Assembly: GCA_945949405.1 (NCBI GenBank)
Contig: CAMFEP010000002.1
Coordinates: forward strand, 1 to 49,794
From: Kiritimatiellales bacterium
GTDB lineage: Bacteria; Verrucomicrobiota; Kiritimatiellia; UBA8416; JAIOPI01
Reading direction: 5' to 3'
DNA length: 49,794 bases
Part shown: positions 1 through 7,408 of the stretch, in pieces
Position numbering within the stretch: the stretch's first letter is position 1
How the letters are laid out: each line of letters starts with the position of its first letter
The notes under the pieces: generated by a model
Databases searched by the model: none
Told to the model about the DNA's origin: nothing
Seen by the model: only the letters and a program-made list of their open reading frames with translations
Made by a program: the position numbers and the translations under genes

Positions 1-122
1 ATTTGCCTCCTGCTTCTTTCAGCTTCGCCTCGGGGCTACGCTTTGCAGTTCGGCTACGGTTGTCGCTATCAACCCCGATGAACTCCTTTCAGTTCACAAG
101 TTCAGACCCATGCCGGGCACAC

Positions 123-146
123 GAGGGGCGGCCGCCTGGCCGCCCT
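123..146. repeat. Dispersed GC hairpin repeat, family A (copy 1)
   Basis: GAGGGGCGGCCGCCTGGCCGCCCT is identical to 47652..47675. It contains an 8-bp stem GGGCGGCC/GGCCGCCC with a 4-nt loop. Both copies are preceded by CATGCC. Confidence 0.75.
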
Positions 147-260
147 CGCCCCAATCATCCAATTTTCCAATCCTCCAATCTTCCGCCCCGCCTTCCCCTC
201 CCTTCTCTTTTGACTCCGCCCCCATTTCCCTGAATAATGCCCCGTCTGGAGGACTTGCTG

Positions 261-641
261 ATGACACCGAATGACCGGCGCTATACGAAATCCCATGAAT
301 GGGTGCGGCTCGAAGGCGGCATCGCCGTGGTCGGCATCACCGATTACGCCCAAACCGCGCTCGGCGACATCACCTACGTCGAACTGCCCAAGGTCGGCAA
401 GCAACTCGAAGCCGGGCACGAATTCGGCGTCATCGAATCCGTCAAGGCCGCCAGCGATCTCTTCGCCCCCGTCGCCGGCGCAGTCCAGGCAGTCAACGCC
501 GCCCTGAACGACACGCCCGAAACCGTCAACCGCGACCCCTACGGCGACGGCTGGATCATCAAACTCTCCGGCGTCACCCCCGCCGCCCTCGCCAACCTCA
601 TGGACGCCGCCGCCTACGACAAGGAAACCGCAAACCACTAA
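261..641 (+). CDS. gcvH: Glycine cleavage system H protein (lipoyl carrier)
   Basis: ORF 237..641 has YTKSHEWVRLEGG, VGITDYAQ and the lipoyl-Lys context GVIESVKAASDL, all typical of GcvH. ATG 261 has GGAGGA 7 nt upstream; ATG 237 has no SD, so 261 is preferred. Confidence 0.9.
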   Translation: MTPNDRRYTKSHEWVRLEGGIAVVGITDYAQTALGDITYVELPKVGKQLEAGHEFGVIESVKAASDLFAPVAGAVQAVNAALNDTPETVNRDPYGDGWIIKLSGVTPAALANLMDAAAYDKETANH

Positions 642-655
642 TTGATGCCTGATCC

Positions 656-682
656 CTGGAGGGCGAGGCTGCGCCGAGCCGC
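656..682. repeat. Dispersed repeat family C (copy 1), in the gcvH/gcvPA spacer
   Basis: CTGGAGGGCGAGGCTGCGCCGAGCCGC recurs at 24032..24058 (1 mismatch) and at 45302..45327 (identical from TGGA). A diverged inverted copy lies at 45245..45272. Confidence 0.8.
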
Positions 683-694
683 TCTTCTCTCCCC

Positions 695-2032
695 ATGAGT
701 TACGTCGCAAATACCACCGCACAACGCACGGAAATGCTGAAGGCCTGCGGCGTCGCGCGCGTCGAAGACCTCTTCGCGGACATCCCCGCCGCCCTCCGCC
801 CCAAATCCTTCGACCTGCCTTCGGCCAAATCGGAACTGGAAGTCCTCAACGCGCTGGAAGCCCTCTCGCAGCGCAATTTTTCGCACCTCGTTAATTTCCT
901 CGGCGGCGGCTTCTACGACCACTTCATCCCCGCCGCCGTGGACGCCATCACGTCGCGCAGCGAGTTTTGTACGGCCTACACCCCCTATCAACCCGAGGTC
1001 TCGCAGGGCACGCTGCAAGCCATCTACGAATACCAGACCCAAATCTGCCGCCTCACCGGCCTGGACGTGTCCAACGCCTCGCTCTATGACGGCGGCACCG
1101 CCCTCTGCGAAGCCTGCCAGATGGCCCTGCACGCCACCGGGCGCGACCGCATCATCGTCGACGGCGGCGTGAACCCCGTCTATCGCAAGATGCTCGATTG
1201 CTACACCGCCAACCTCTCGATCCGCTTCGCCGAAATTTCCGTGACCCACGGCCAGTCCGACCGCCACCAGATCCTCGCCGCCCTCGACGATCAGACCGCC
1301 GCCGTGGTCCTCCAAAACCCGAATTTCTTCGGCGTCATGGATGACCACCGCGACATCGTCGAAGCCTGCCACGCGCGCGGCATCCTCGTGATCCAGTCCG
1401 TCTATCCCATCGCCCTCTCGCTCTTGAAATCCCCTGGCGAAATCGGCGTGGACATCGCCACCGGCGAAGGCCAGTCCCTCGGCATCCCTTTGAGCTTCGG
1501 CGGCCCCTACCTCGGCTTCATGGCCACCACCCGCGACCTCGTGCGCAAAATGCCCGGCCGCCTCGTGGGCCGCACCACGGATCGCAACGGGCGTGAAGCC
1601 TTCGTCCTCACGCTCCAGGCCCGCGAGCAACACATCCGCCGCAACAAGGCCACCTCGAACATCTGCACCAACGAGGCCCTCTGCGCCCTGCGCGCCCATG
1701 TCTATTTGAGCCTCGTGGGCAAGACCGGCCTCAAGGAAGTCGCCGAACTCTGCTACGCGAAAACCCAATACGCCAAATCGCGCTTCAAACAAATCCCCGG
1801 CGTCGAAGTCATGGAGTCGAGCCCGACCTTTAATGAATTCACGATCCGCGTCCCCGTCGACACCGGCGACCTGGTGGGTACCCTCGTGGAACGCGGCATC
1901 GCCCCCGGACTGCCCCTCGGCCGCTTTTATAAAGGCATGGAAAACTACATGCTCGTCGCCGTCACCGAGAAACGCACGAAGTACGAAATCGGAAAATTCG
2001 CCGAGGAACTCGAAGCCGCTTTAAGGAAATAG
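695..2032 (+). CDS. gcvPA: Glycine dehydrogenase (decarboxylating) subunit 1
   Basis: 445-aa ORF with YTPYQPEVSQGTLQAIYEYQT and the general P-protein alpha-subunit layout. It follows gcvH and precedes gcvPB. Confidence 0.92.
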   Translation: MSYVANTTAQRTEMLKACGVARVEDLFADIPAALRPKSFDLPSAKSELEVLNALEALSQRNFSHLVNFLGGGFYDHFIPAAVDAITSRSEFCTAYTPYQPEVSQGTLQAIYEYQTQICRLTGLDVSNASLYDGGTALCEACQMALHATGRDRIIVDGGVNPVYRKMLDCYTANLSIRFAEISVTHGQSDRHQILAALDDQTAAVVLQNPNFFGVMDDHRDIVEACHARGILVIQSVYPIALSLLKSPGEIGVDIATGEGQSLGIPLSFGGPYLGFMATTRDLVRKMPGRLVGRTTDRNGREAFVLTLQAREQHIRRNKATSNICTNEALCALRAHVYLSLVGKTGLKEVAELCYAKTQYAKSRFKQIPGVEVMESSPTFNEFTIRVPVDTGDLVGTLVERGIAPGLPLGRFYKGMENYMLVAVTEKRTKYEIGKFAEELEAALRK

Positions 2033-2112
2033 AAAACCGCGAATGAACGCCAATACACGCGAATATAGCCAGTTCCCATTCGCGCCCATTCGCGCCCATT
2101 CGCGGTTTCCCC
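2033..2112. repeat. Dispersed repeat family D plus CCATTCGCGC tandem, in the gcvPA/gcvPB spacer
   Basis: AAAACCGCGAATGAACGCCAATACACGCGAAT (2033..2064) starts right after the gcvPA TAG stop. It matches the reverse complement of 10569..10604. CCATTCGCG occurs 3 times (2075..2105). AAACCGCGAATG (2034..2045) can pair with CATTCGCGGTTT (2097..2108). Confidence 0.75.
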
Positions 2113-2128
2113 ATGCCGGGGTCTTTTC

Positions 2129-3577
2129 ATGTCGGTAATCTTCGAAAAATCCATCCCCAACCGCCGCGGCGTCACCCTGCCCGCCAGCGACGTGCCCCCG
2201 CCCGCGCCGATCCCCCAACAGTACCGGCGCGGCAAGGACGCCGCCCTCTGCGAGTTGTCGGAACTCGACATCATGCGCCACTTCATCGCCCTGTCGCAGC
2301 GCAACCACAGCATCGACACCGGCTTCTATCCCCTCGGCTCCTGCACGATGAAGTATAACCCGAAGGCCATGGAAGTCGTCGCGCGTATGCCGGGCTTCGC
2401 CGGCCTGCACCCGTTTCTGCCCCAGCTCCGCTATGGCGGCATGCTCGTGCAAGGCGCCCTCGCCGTACTCTATGAGCTGGAAAAGCTGCTGATCGGCATC
2501 ACAGGCATGCACGCCTTCACCCTCCAGCCCCTCGCCGGCGCCCACGGCGAACTGACCGGCATCATGCTCGTCGCCGCCTATCACCGCAAAAAAGGCAACG
2601 TCAAGACCGAGGTCCTCATCCCCGATGAAGCCCACGGCACGAACCCCTCCAGCGCCGCCATCGCCGGCTACACCACCCGCGCCATCCCCACCGATGCCAA
2701 AACCGGCATGCTCGACGTCGACGCCCTCGCCGCCACGATCACGGACAAGACCGCCGCGATCATGCTGACGAACCCGAACACCCTCGGCATCTTCAACAGT
2801 CACATCGCGCGCGTCGTGGAAATCGCCCACGCCCATGACGCCCTGGTCTATTACGACGGCGCCAATCTCAATGCGATCCTCGGCAAATTCCGCCCCGGCG
2901 ACGCCGGCATCGACGTCATGCACATCAACACCCACAAGACCTTCGCGACCCCGCACGGCGGAGGCGGACCCGGCGCCGGGCCCGTCGGCGTGCGCGAACA
3001 CCTCGCCGAATTTTTGCCCATCTCCCGCGTCGAAAAGCGCCGCGACAATACGTATTTCCTGAACTACGACTACCCAAACTCGATCGGCTACATCGCGCCG
3101 TTCTATGGAAATTTCGGCATCCTCCTGCGCGCCTATGCCTACATCCTCTCCCTCGGCCGCGAAGGCCTGATCGAAGCCAGCGAGATGGCCGTGCTGAACG
3201 CGAATTACCTGATGCACAACCTCAAGGATGTCTACGACCTGCCCTATAACCGCACCTGCATGCACGAGTTCGTGCTTTCCGCGCGCAAACAGGTCGCGCA
3301 CGGCGTCTCGGCCATGGACATCGCCAAAGCCCTGATGGATTACGGCTTCCACCCGCCCACGGTCTATTTCCCGCTGATCGTGAAGGAAGCCCTGATGTGC
3401 GAGCCCACGGAAACCGAGAGCAAGGAAACCCTCGACGCCTTCATCGTCGCCATGCGCGAAATCGCCGAGAAGGCCGCCACCAATCCCGACGAACTCAAAG
3501 CCGCACCCCTCACCGCCCCTGTCAACCGCCCCGACGAACTCAAAGCCGCCAAAGACATGGACTTCGCCGCCCTGTAG
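2129..3577 (+). CDS. gcvPB: Glycine dehydrogenase (decarboxylating) subunit 2
   Basis: 482-aa ORF with CTMKYNPK and the PLP-lysine context NTHKTFATPHGGGGPGAGP, typical of the P-protein beta subunit. Confidence 0.92.
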   Translation: MSVIFEKSIPNRRGVTLPASDVPPPAPIPQQYRRGKDAALCELSELDIMRHFIALSQRNHSIDTGFYPLGSCTMKYNPKAMEVVARMPGFAGLHPFLPQLRYGGMLVQGALAVLYELEKLLIGITGMHAFTLQPLAGAHGELTGIMLVAAYHRKKGNVKTEVLIPDEAHGTNPSSAAIAGYTTRAIPTDAKTGMLDVDALAATITDKTAAIMLTNPNTLGIFNSHIARVVEIAHAHDALVYYDGANLNAILGKFRPGDAGIDVMHINTHKTFATPHGGGGPGAGPVGVREHLAEFLPISRVEKRRDNTYFLNYDYPNSIGYIAPFYGNFGILLRAYAYILSLGREGLIEASEMAVLNANYLMHNLKDVYDLPYNRTCMHEFVLSARKQVAHGVSAMDIAKALMDYGFHPPTVYFPLIVKEALMCEPTETESKETLDAFIVAMREIAEKAATNPDELKAAPLTAPVNRPDELKAAKDMDFAAL

Positions 3578-3590
3578 CGCCCAGGCCGAA

Positions 3591-3620
3591 AGGTGGCCCG
3601 GGCGCTCCGCGCACGGGCAT
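3591..3620. repeat. Dispersed repeat family B (copy 1)
   Basis: AGGTGGCCCGGGCGCTCCGCGCACGGGCAT matches 49482..49511 at 29 of 30 positions in the same orientation. It lies 14 nt after the gcvPB stop and is preceded by TGTAGCGCCC, which pairs with GGGCGCT. Confidence 0.75.
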
Positions 3621-3797
3621 CTGATCTCTCGTCGCGTCTATGACTCGGGACTCTACCCAACCAGAAGGAACCGCAGAATATCGAACAAGGAATGACGATC
3701 GGCGAAGTTCCGATTCCTTGGCCATTCTGCTGTTCATGATTCGTCAATCTGCGGTTTTGTCCCGTCCGGCTGTAGGTTGACACATTCGGCACGGAAA

Positions 3798-3989
3798 GCG
3801 CTCGCGGAGACGCAGAGGCCGCGGATCATTATTCTTTCCTGCCCGAACCGGTGAGAGGCCGGTTCGGGCCGAAATTGGCATCCGTGGGCTCGAATCGCCC
3901 TCCTTGGCCGTCCGAAGCCTCCAGGCGTAGGAGGCTCAGCGATTCGAGCCCACACCAAATTTTCCGCGATCTCCGCGTCTCCGCGAGAG
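3798..3989. repeat. Nested palindromic element (MITE-like or structured RNA candidate)
   Basis: Outer 13-bp inverted repeat CTCGCGGAGACGC (3801..3813) / GCGTCTCCGCGAG (3975..3987). It encloses a perfect 11-bp hairpin (3841..3869), a perfect 15-bp hairpin GTGGGCTCGAATCGC / GCGATTCGAGCCCAC (3884..3898 / 3939..3953), and an inner GCCTCC/GGAGGC hairpin. Confidence 0.6.
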
Positions 3990-4080
3990 ATTCCTTCCGG
4001 AAAGGTGTCAAACGGAAACCAGGACGACACAACCAAAGGTACACAATGTAGCTGCGTCTGCCCTTTGCCCTTCCCCACCC

Positions 4081-4110
4081 TTGCCGCCCCCAACCCCGCC
4101 GGGCTATAAT
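4081..4110 (+). promoter_or_regulatory. Candidate sigma70-type promoter of the beta-helix gene
   Basis: TTGCCG (4081..4086), 18-nt spacer, perfect TATAAT (4105..4110), 21 nt upstream of ATG 4131. Pattern match only. Confidence 0.35.
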
Positions 4111-4130
4111 GAACCCTTGGGACCAATCAC

Positions 4131-5765
4131 ATGCCCCCCCGCGCCACATTCACCGGCTGCCTCACCGCAGCCTTGCTCCACGCCTGGGCGGCATCATGCG
4201 CAGCCGCCACCTACTACGTCGCCACCACCGGCAACAACGCCAACAGCGGCCTGACCCGCAGCAACGCCTGGGCCACCATCCAGCGCGCCGTCGATGCCAC
4301 GACACCAGGAGACATCGTCGCCGTCCTCTCCGGCACTTACGTCGGCGTGCGCTTCGAAAATTCCGGCACCCCGGACGCCCCGATTATCTTGCGGCCCGAC
4401 GCCGGCGCCACCGTGATCCTGAATACGCCCAGCCCCGCGAACAAACGCACCGGCGTGGTCGAAATCGAAACCTACGAAGGCTCCGGCGTGGTCTCCAATG
4501 TCATCGTGGAAGGCCTGCATGTCTTCAATTCGCCGCGCTACGGCATCGACGCGCGCTCCGCACAGTTCGTCACCATCCGCGGCAACACGATCTCGAACTC
4601 CCAGTCCACCGGCATCTTCACGCCCTTCTGCTATGACATCGTCATCGAGGACAACACGTCCCTCAACAACGGCGAACACGGGATCTACTACAACAACAGC
4701 AGCGACCATTTCGTGATCCGCAACAATGAGTGCCACCACAACACCCATGCCGGCATCCACCTGAACGGCGATGCCAGCGTGCCACCGCCGGACGGAACGC
4801 CCTGGGTCTATGACGGCACCCTGTCCTTCGGCCTCATCGAGAACAACCTGATCCACGACAACGGCACCGGCGGCGCCGGCATCAACATGGACGGCGTCAC
4901 CGATACCATCGTCCGCAACAACATCCTCTTCGCAACCCCCAACAACAGCGGCATCGCCGTCTTCCACGGCGACGCCGCCGTGGCGTCGCAGCGCAACTGG
5001 TTCCTGAACAACGTCATACTCATGGCGCAAGGTGGCGGATGGTGCCTGAACATCGCCGCCTCCGGCTGCGTCAGCAACCGGGTCTTTAACAACGTCTTCT
5101 TTCACCCCGGCTCGGCCGACGGCAGCATCGTCATCCCCACCCCGGCGCTACAGGGCTTCGCCTGCGATTACAACGTCGTGGCCACGCGGTTCTCACTGGA
5201 TAACGACAATAGCCGCACCACCCTCACCGCCTGGCGGGCGGCGGGCTTCGACGCCCATTCCATCGTGGCCACGCCCGCCAACCTCTTCGTCGACCTCGGG
5301 ACCCGCGACTATCGTCTCAAAACCAACAGCCCCGCCATCGACGTCGGCACCGCACAACCATCGGCCCCACTGGATCGCGACGGTATCTCGCGGCCGCTGG
5401 ATGGCAACGCCAACGGCACCAACACCTGGGACATCGGCGCGTATGAATACTTGCACCCCACCACGGACAGCGACCATGACCGCATGTCCGACCTTGGGGA
5501 ACAAATTGCCGGCACGGACGCCACCAACCCCGCCAGTGTTTTCGGAATCACCCAAGTCGACGTACCGTCCCCCGATTCGCATGTGCTGTCCTGGCCCAGC
5601 ATGCCGGGACGGCTCTATACCGTATGGCACGGAACCAATATCACCACGCCGTTCCTGACAGTCGCCTCCAACCTCCCAGCAACCCCACCCGAAAACACCC
5701 ACACGTCCCCGGCAACCCTCGCCGAAGCCACCCTCTACCGCCTCGACGTGCGCCTGGAGCCTTGA
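4131..5765 (+). CDS. Secreted right-handed parallel beta-helix repeat protein with TSP3-like linker and C-terminal beta-module
   Basis: N-terminal signal-like segment (LTAALLHAWAASCAAA). Repeated PbH1-like units (IRGNTISNS, IEDNTSLNN, IRNNECHHN, IENNLIHDN, VRNNILF). The C-terminus has DSDHDRMSD...GTDATNP followed by a module ending LYRLDV, which resembles modules in 20327..21295 and 21313..24078. Confidence 0.75.
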   Translation: MPPRATFTGCLTAALLHAWAASCAAATYYVATTGNNANSGLTRSNAWATIQRAVDATTPGDIVAVLSGTYVGVRFENSGTPDAPIILRPDAGATVILNTPSPANKRTGVVEIETYEGSGVVSNVIVEGLHVFNSPRYGIDARSAQFVTIRGNTISNSQSTGIFTPFCYDIVIEDNTSLNNGEHGIYYNNSSDHFVIRNNECHHNTHAGIHLNGDASVPPPDGTPWVYDGTLSFGLIENNLIHDNGTGGAGINMDGVTDTIVRNNILFATPNNSGIAVFHGDAAVASQRNWFLNNVILMAQGGGWCLNIAASGCVSNRVFNNVFFHPGSADGSIVIPTPALQGFACDYNVVATRFSLDNDNSRTTLTAWRAAGFDAHSIVATPANLFVDLGTRDYRLKTNSPAIDVGTAQPSAPLDRDGISRPLDGNANGTNTWDIGAYEYLHPTTDSDHDRMSDLGEQIAGTDATNPASVFGITQVDVPSPDSHVLSWPSMPGRLYTVWHGTNITTPFLTVASNLPATPPENTHTSPATLAEATLYRLDVRLEP

Positions 5766-5810
5766 TTCGCCAATTCCCCTCCTCAATCGGCAATCGGCAA
5801 TCTAAAATCG

Positions 5811-6197
5811 TCAATTCTCATACAGCTCAATCGGCAACCCATCCGGATCCGCAAAAAACGTAAATCGCTTCTGCGTCAGCTCATCCACCCGCACCGCCTC
5901 CACCACCACGCCGCGCTGTTCCAATTCCGCCACCCACCCCGCAATATCCGCCACCTTCAGCGCCAGATGCCGCAACCCGCATGCCTCCGGATACGACGCC
6001 CGCGGCGGTGACCCCGGAAACGAAAACAACTCAATCTGCGCCCCATCCGCCAGCGCCAGATCTAATTTATACGACTGCCGCGCCTCCCGATACGTCTCCG
6101 CCACCACCCGCAGCCCCAGCACTTCCGTATAAAACCGCTTCGACCGCCCATAGTCGGAACAAATAATCGCCACGTGATGAATGCCGGAAATCTTCAT
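5811..6197 (-). CDS. VOC (glyoxalase/bleomycin-resistance/dioxygenase) family protein
   Basis: 128 aa. IHHVAIICSDYGRSKRFYTEVLG and HLALKV...FFADPDGLPIELYE are typical of small VOC/glyoxalase I-like proteins. Confidence 0.8.
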   Translation of the reverse strand: MKISGIHHVAIICSDYGRSKRFYTEVLGLRVVAETYREARQSYKLDLALADGAQIELFSFPGSPPRASYPEACGLRHLALKVADIAGWVAELEQRGVVVEAVRVDELTQKRFTFFADPDGLPIELYEN

Positions 6198-6247
6198 GCC
6201 CCCACCTCACAAATCCCACGTCCCCCGTCAAATCATCACAATGCGCT

Positions 6248-6303
6248 TGTAGGGGCGCTTCTGCTTGCCCGCCGTAGCCTTGGCGAAGGCGGGTGAAGCG
6301 CCC
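6248..6303. repeat. TGTAG-prefixed GC hairpin repeat, family E
   Basis: TGTAGGGGCGCTTC...GAAGCGCCC has a 9-bp outer stem (6253..6261 / 6295..6303) enclosing CCCGCC...GGCGGG. It has the same TGTAGGGGCG head as 8835 and 13408. Confidence 0.65.
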
Positions 6304-6416
6304 GATTGTTTGGAAATCATGGAGACCCCATGAAACCGATTCCCCTCTGCTGTAGCCGGGGTCGCCTTGGCCTCCGTAACATCCTCGCGCAGGAGGCTGC
6401 CCCCGACCCCAACGTT

Positions 6417-6440
6417 CGTAGTGACGCCGTAAGGCGTTTC
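6417..6440. repeat. GTAGT-SACGCC hairpin repeat (family E subtype)
   Basis: CGTAGTGACGCCGTAAGGCGTTTC resembles TGTAGTCACGCCGTCAGGCGTGAT at 18447..18470. Both form an ACGCC/GGCGT hairpin with a 4-nt loop. Confidence 0.6.
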
Positions 6441-6564
6441 CGCAACAGCTCGTGCAGCGTGATTGGCAACTTGTCCCCTCCCCACAATCTTCGCTTCTCC
6501 GGGGGCATCGCCCCCGGACCCCCAGAGTGTTAAAGAACTAGAGTAAAAAGGGAATCAAAGCCAC

Positions 6565-7257
6565 TCACCCGCACAAATACGCCAGCACCCGCGCCATCAC
6601 CCCATTGATCGCCCGGTATTTTTCGCCCCCCGACGCAAGAATCTCGGTCTCCGTCTGCACAAACCGCGCCGGCCGCAACTCCTCCCGGCAATTTTCCACC
6701 AGCTCCCGCGCACCCTCCGGCGTGGTCTCGAGATGAAACTGCAGGCCAATGACAGACCGCCCAAGCTGAAACGCCTGATTCTCGCACCCCTCGCTGCGCG
6801 CCAGATGCACCGCGCCGGGCGGCAGATCGAACGTCTCCCCATGCCAGTGGAAAACCTCCATGGCTTCAGGAAACTGAAACAGTTCACCCCGCGCAGACGC
6901 AACCCCCTGCACCGGAAACCAGCCGATCTCCTTCTCGCGATTGGGATATACCCGCGCCCCCAGCGCACGCGCAATCAGCTGCGCCCCCAAACAAATCCCC
7001 AGCACCGGCTTTCCGCCTTCAATAGCCTGCCGAATGAACCGCTTCTCCTGCGCGAGCCACGGCCGCCGCGCCTCATCGTTGACACTCATCGGCCCACCCA
7101 TCACCACCAGAAAATCCACTTCATCCAGCTTGGGGCGTGTAGGGTCGTCGTAGAATCTCGTCCCGGATATTGTCCATCCCGCCGCCGTAAGCCAACCCGC
7201 AATACTCCCGAGCCCCTCAAAGGAAACATGCTGAAAAACGTGCGCGCGCATCGCCAT
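6565..7257 (-). CDS. Class I glutamine amidotransferase-like protein
   Basis: GKPVLGICLGAQL (nucleophile Cys), FHWHGETF and GLQFHLE (His/Glu) fit a GATase1 / GMP-synthase-like domain. Start taken at ATG 7257 (MAMRAHVF), with 7251 also possible. The upstream part of ORF 6565..7353 is built from repeat family F. Confidence 0.75.
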   Translation of the reverse strand: MAMRAHVFQHVSFEGLGSIAGWLTAAGWTISGTRFYDDPTRPKLDEVDFLVVMGGPMSVNDEARRPWLAQEKRFIRQAIEGGKPVLGICLGAQLIARALGARVYPNREKEIGWFPVQGVASARGELFQFPEAMEVFHWHGETFDLPPGAVHLARSEGCENQAFQLGRSVIGLQFHLETTPEGARELVENCREELRPARFVQTETEILASGGEKYRAINGVMARVLAYLCG

Positions 7258-7320
7258 TTTCAACCCCAATGCACCCACTGTAGTGGATTCACAGACCATG
7301 GACGGCGCTATAGGGCCGTC

Positions 7321-7366
7321 TATTTTTGCGCCTTTTGTGCTTTTTTGCGGCAAAATCCGTCTGGCC
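7321..7366. repeat. Dispersed repeat family F (copy 1)
   Basis: TATTTTTGCGCCTTTTGTGCTTTTTTGCGGCAAAATCC shares the blocks TTTTGCGC, TTTTTGCGG and AAAATCC, in the same order and orientation, with 18489..18535. Confidence 0.55.
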
Positions 7367-7408
7367 GCAAAGCAAGAGGTCAGGGATCGTCATTCGCCAT
7401 TTGGAATC

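Noticed and set aside
1-236. Possible glycine riboswitch upstream of gcvH
   Set aside because: I looked for the conserved GGAGAG...CACCGAAGGGGCAA-type cores and did not see them. The region instead contains repeat family A and CCAATC-type simple sequence. A covariance-model scan was not possible.
638-3352. Minus-strand ORFs 638..1792 and 2021..3352
   Set aside because: They are antisense to gcvPA and gcvPB and have Gly/Ala/Asp/Glu-rich mirror-image composition. No independent support exists.
3734-4126. 130-aa minus-strand ORF in the gcv/beta-helix gap
   Set aside because: It reads straight through the nested perfect palindromes, so the ORF is a by-product of symmetric GC-rich sequence.
6228-6485. 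85-aa minus-strand ORF between the VOC and amidotransferase genes
   Set aside because: Its sequence is assembled from the TGTAG/GC-hairpin repeats (e.g. ...KQKRPYK from TGTAGGGGCG). It has no motifs and lies in a repeat-filled spacer.
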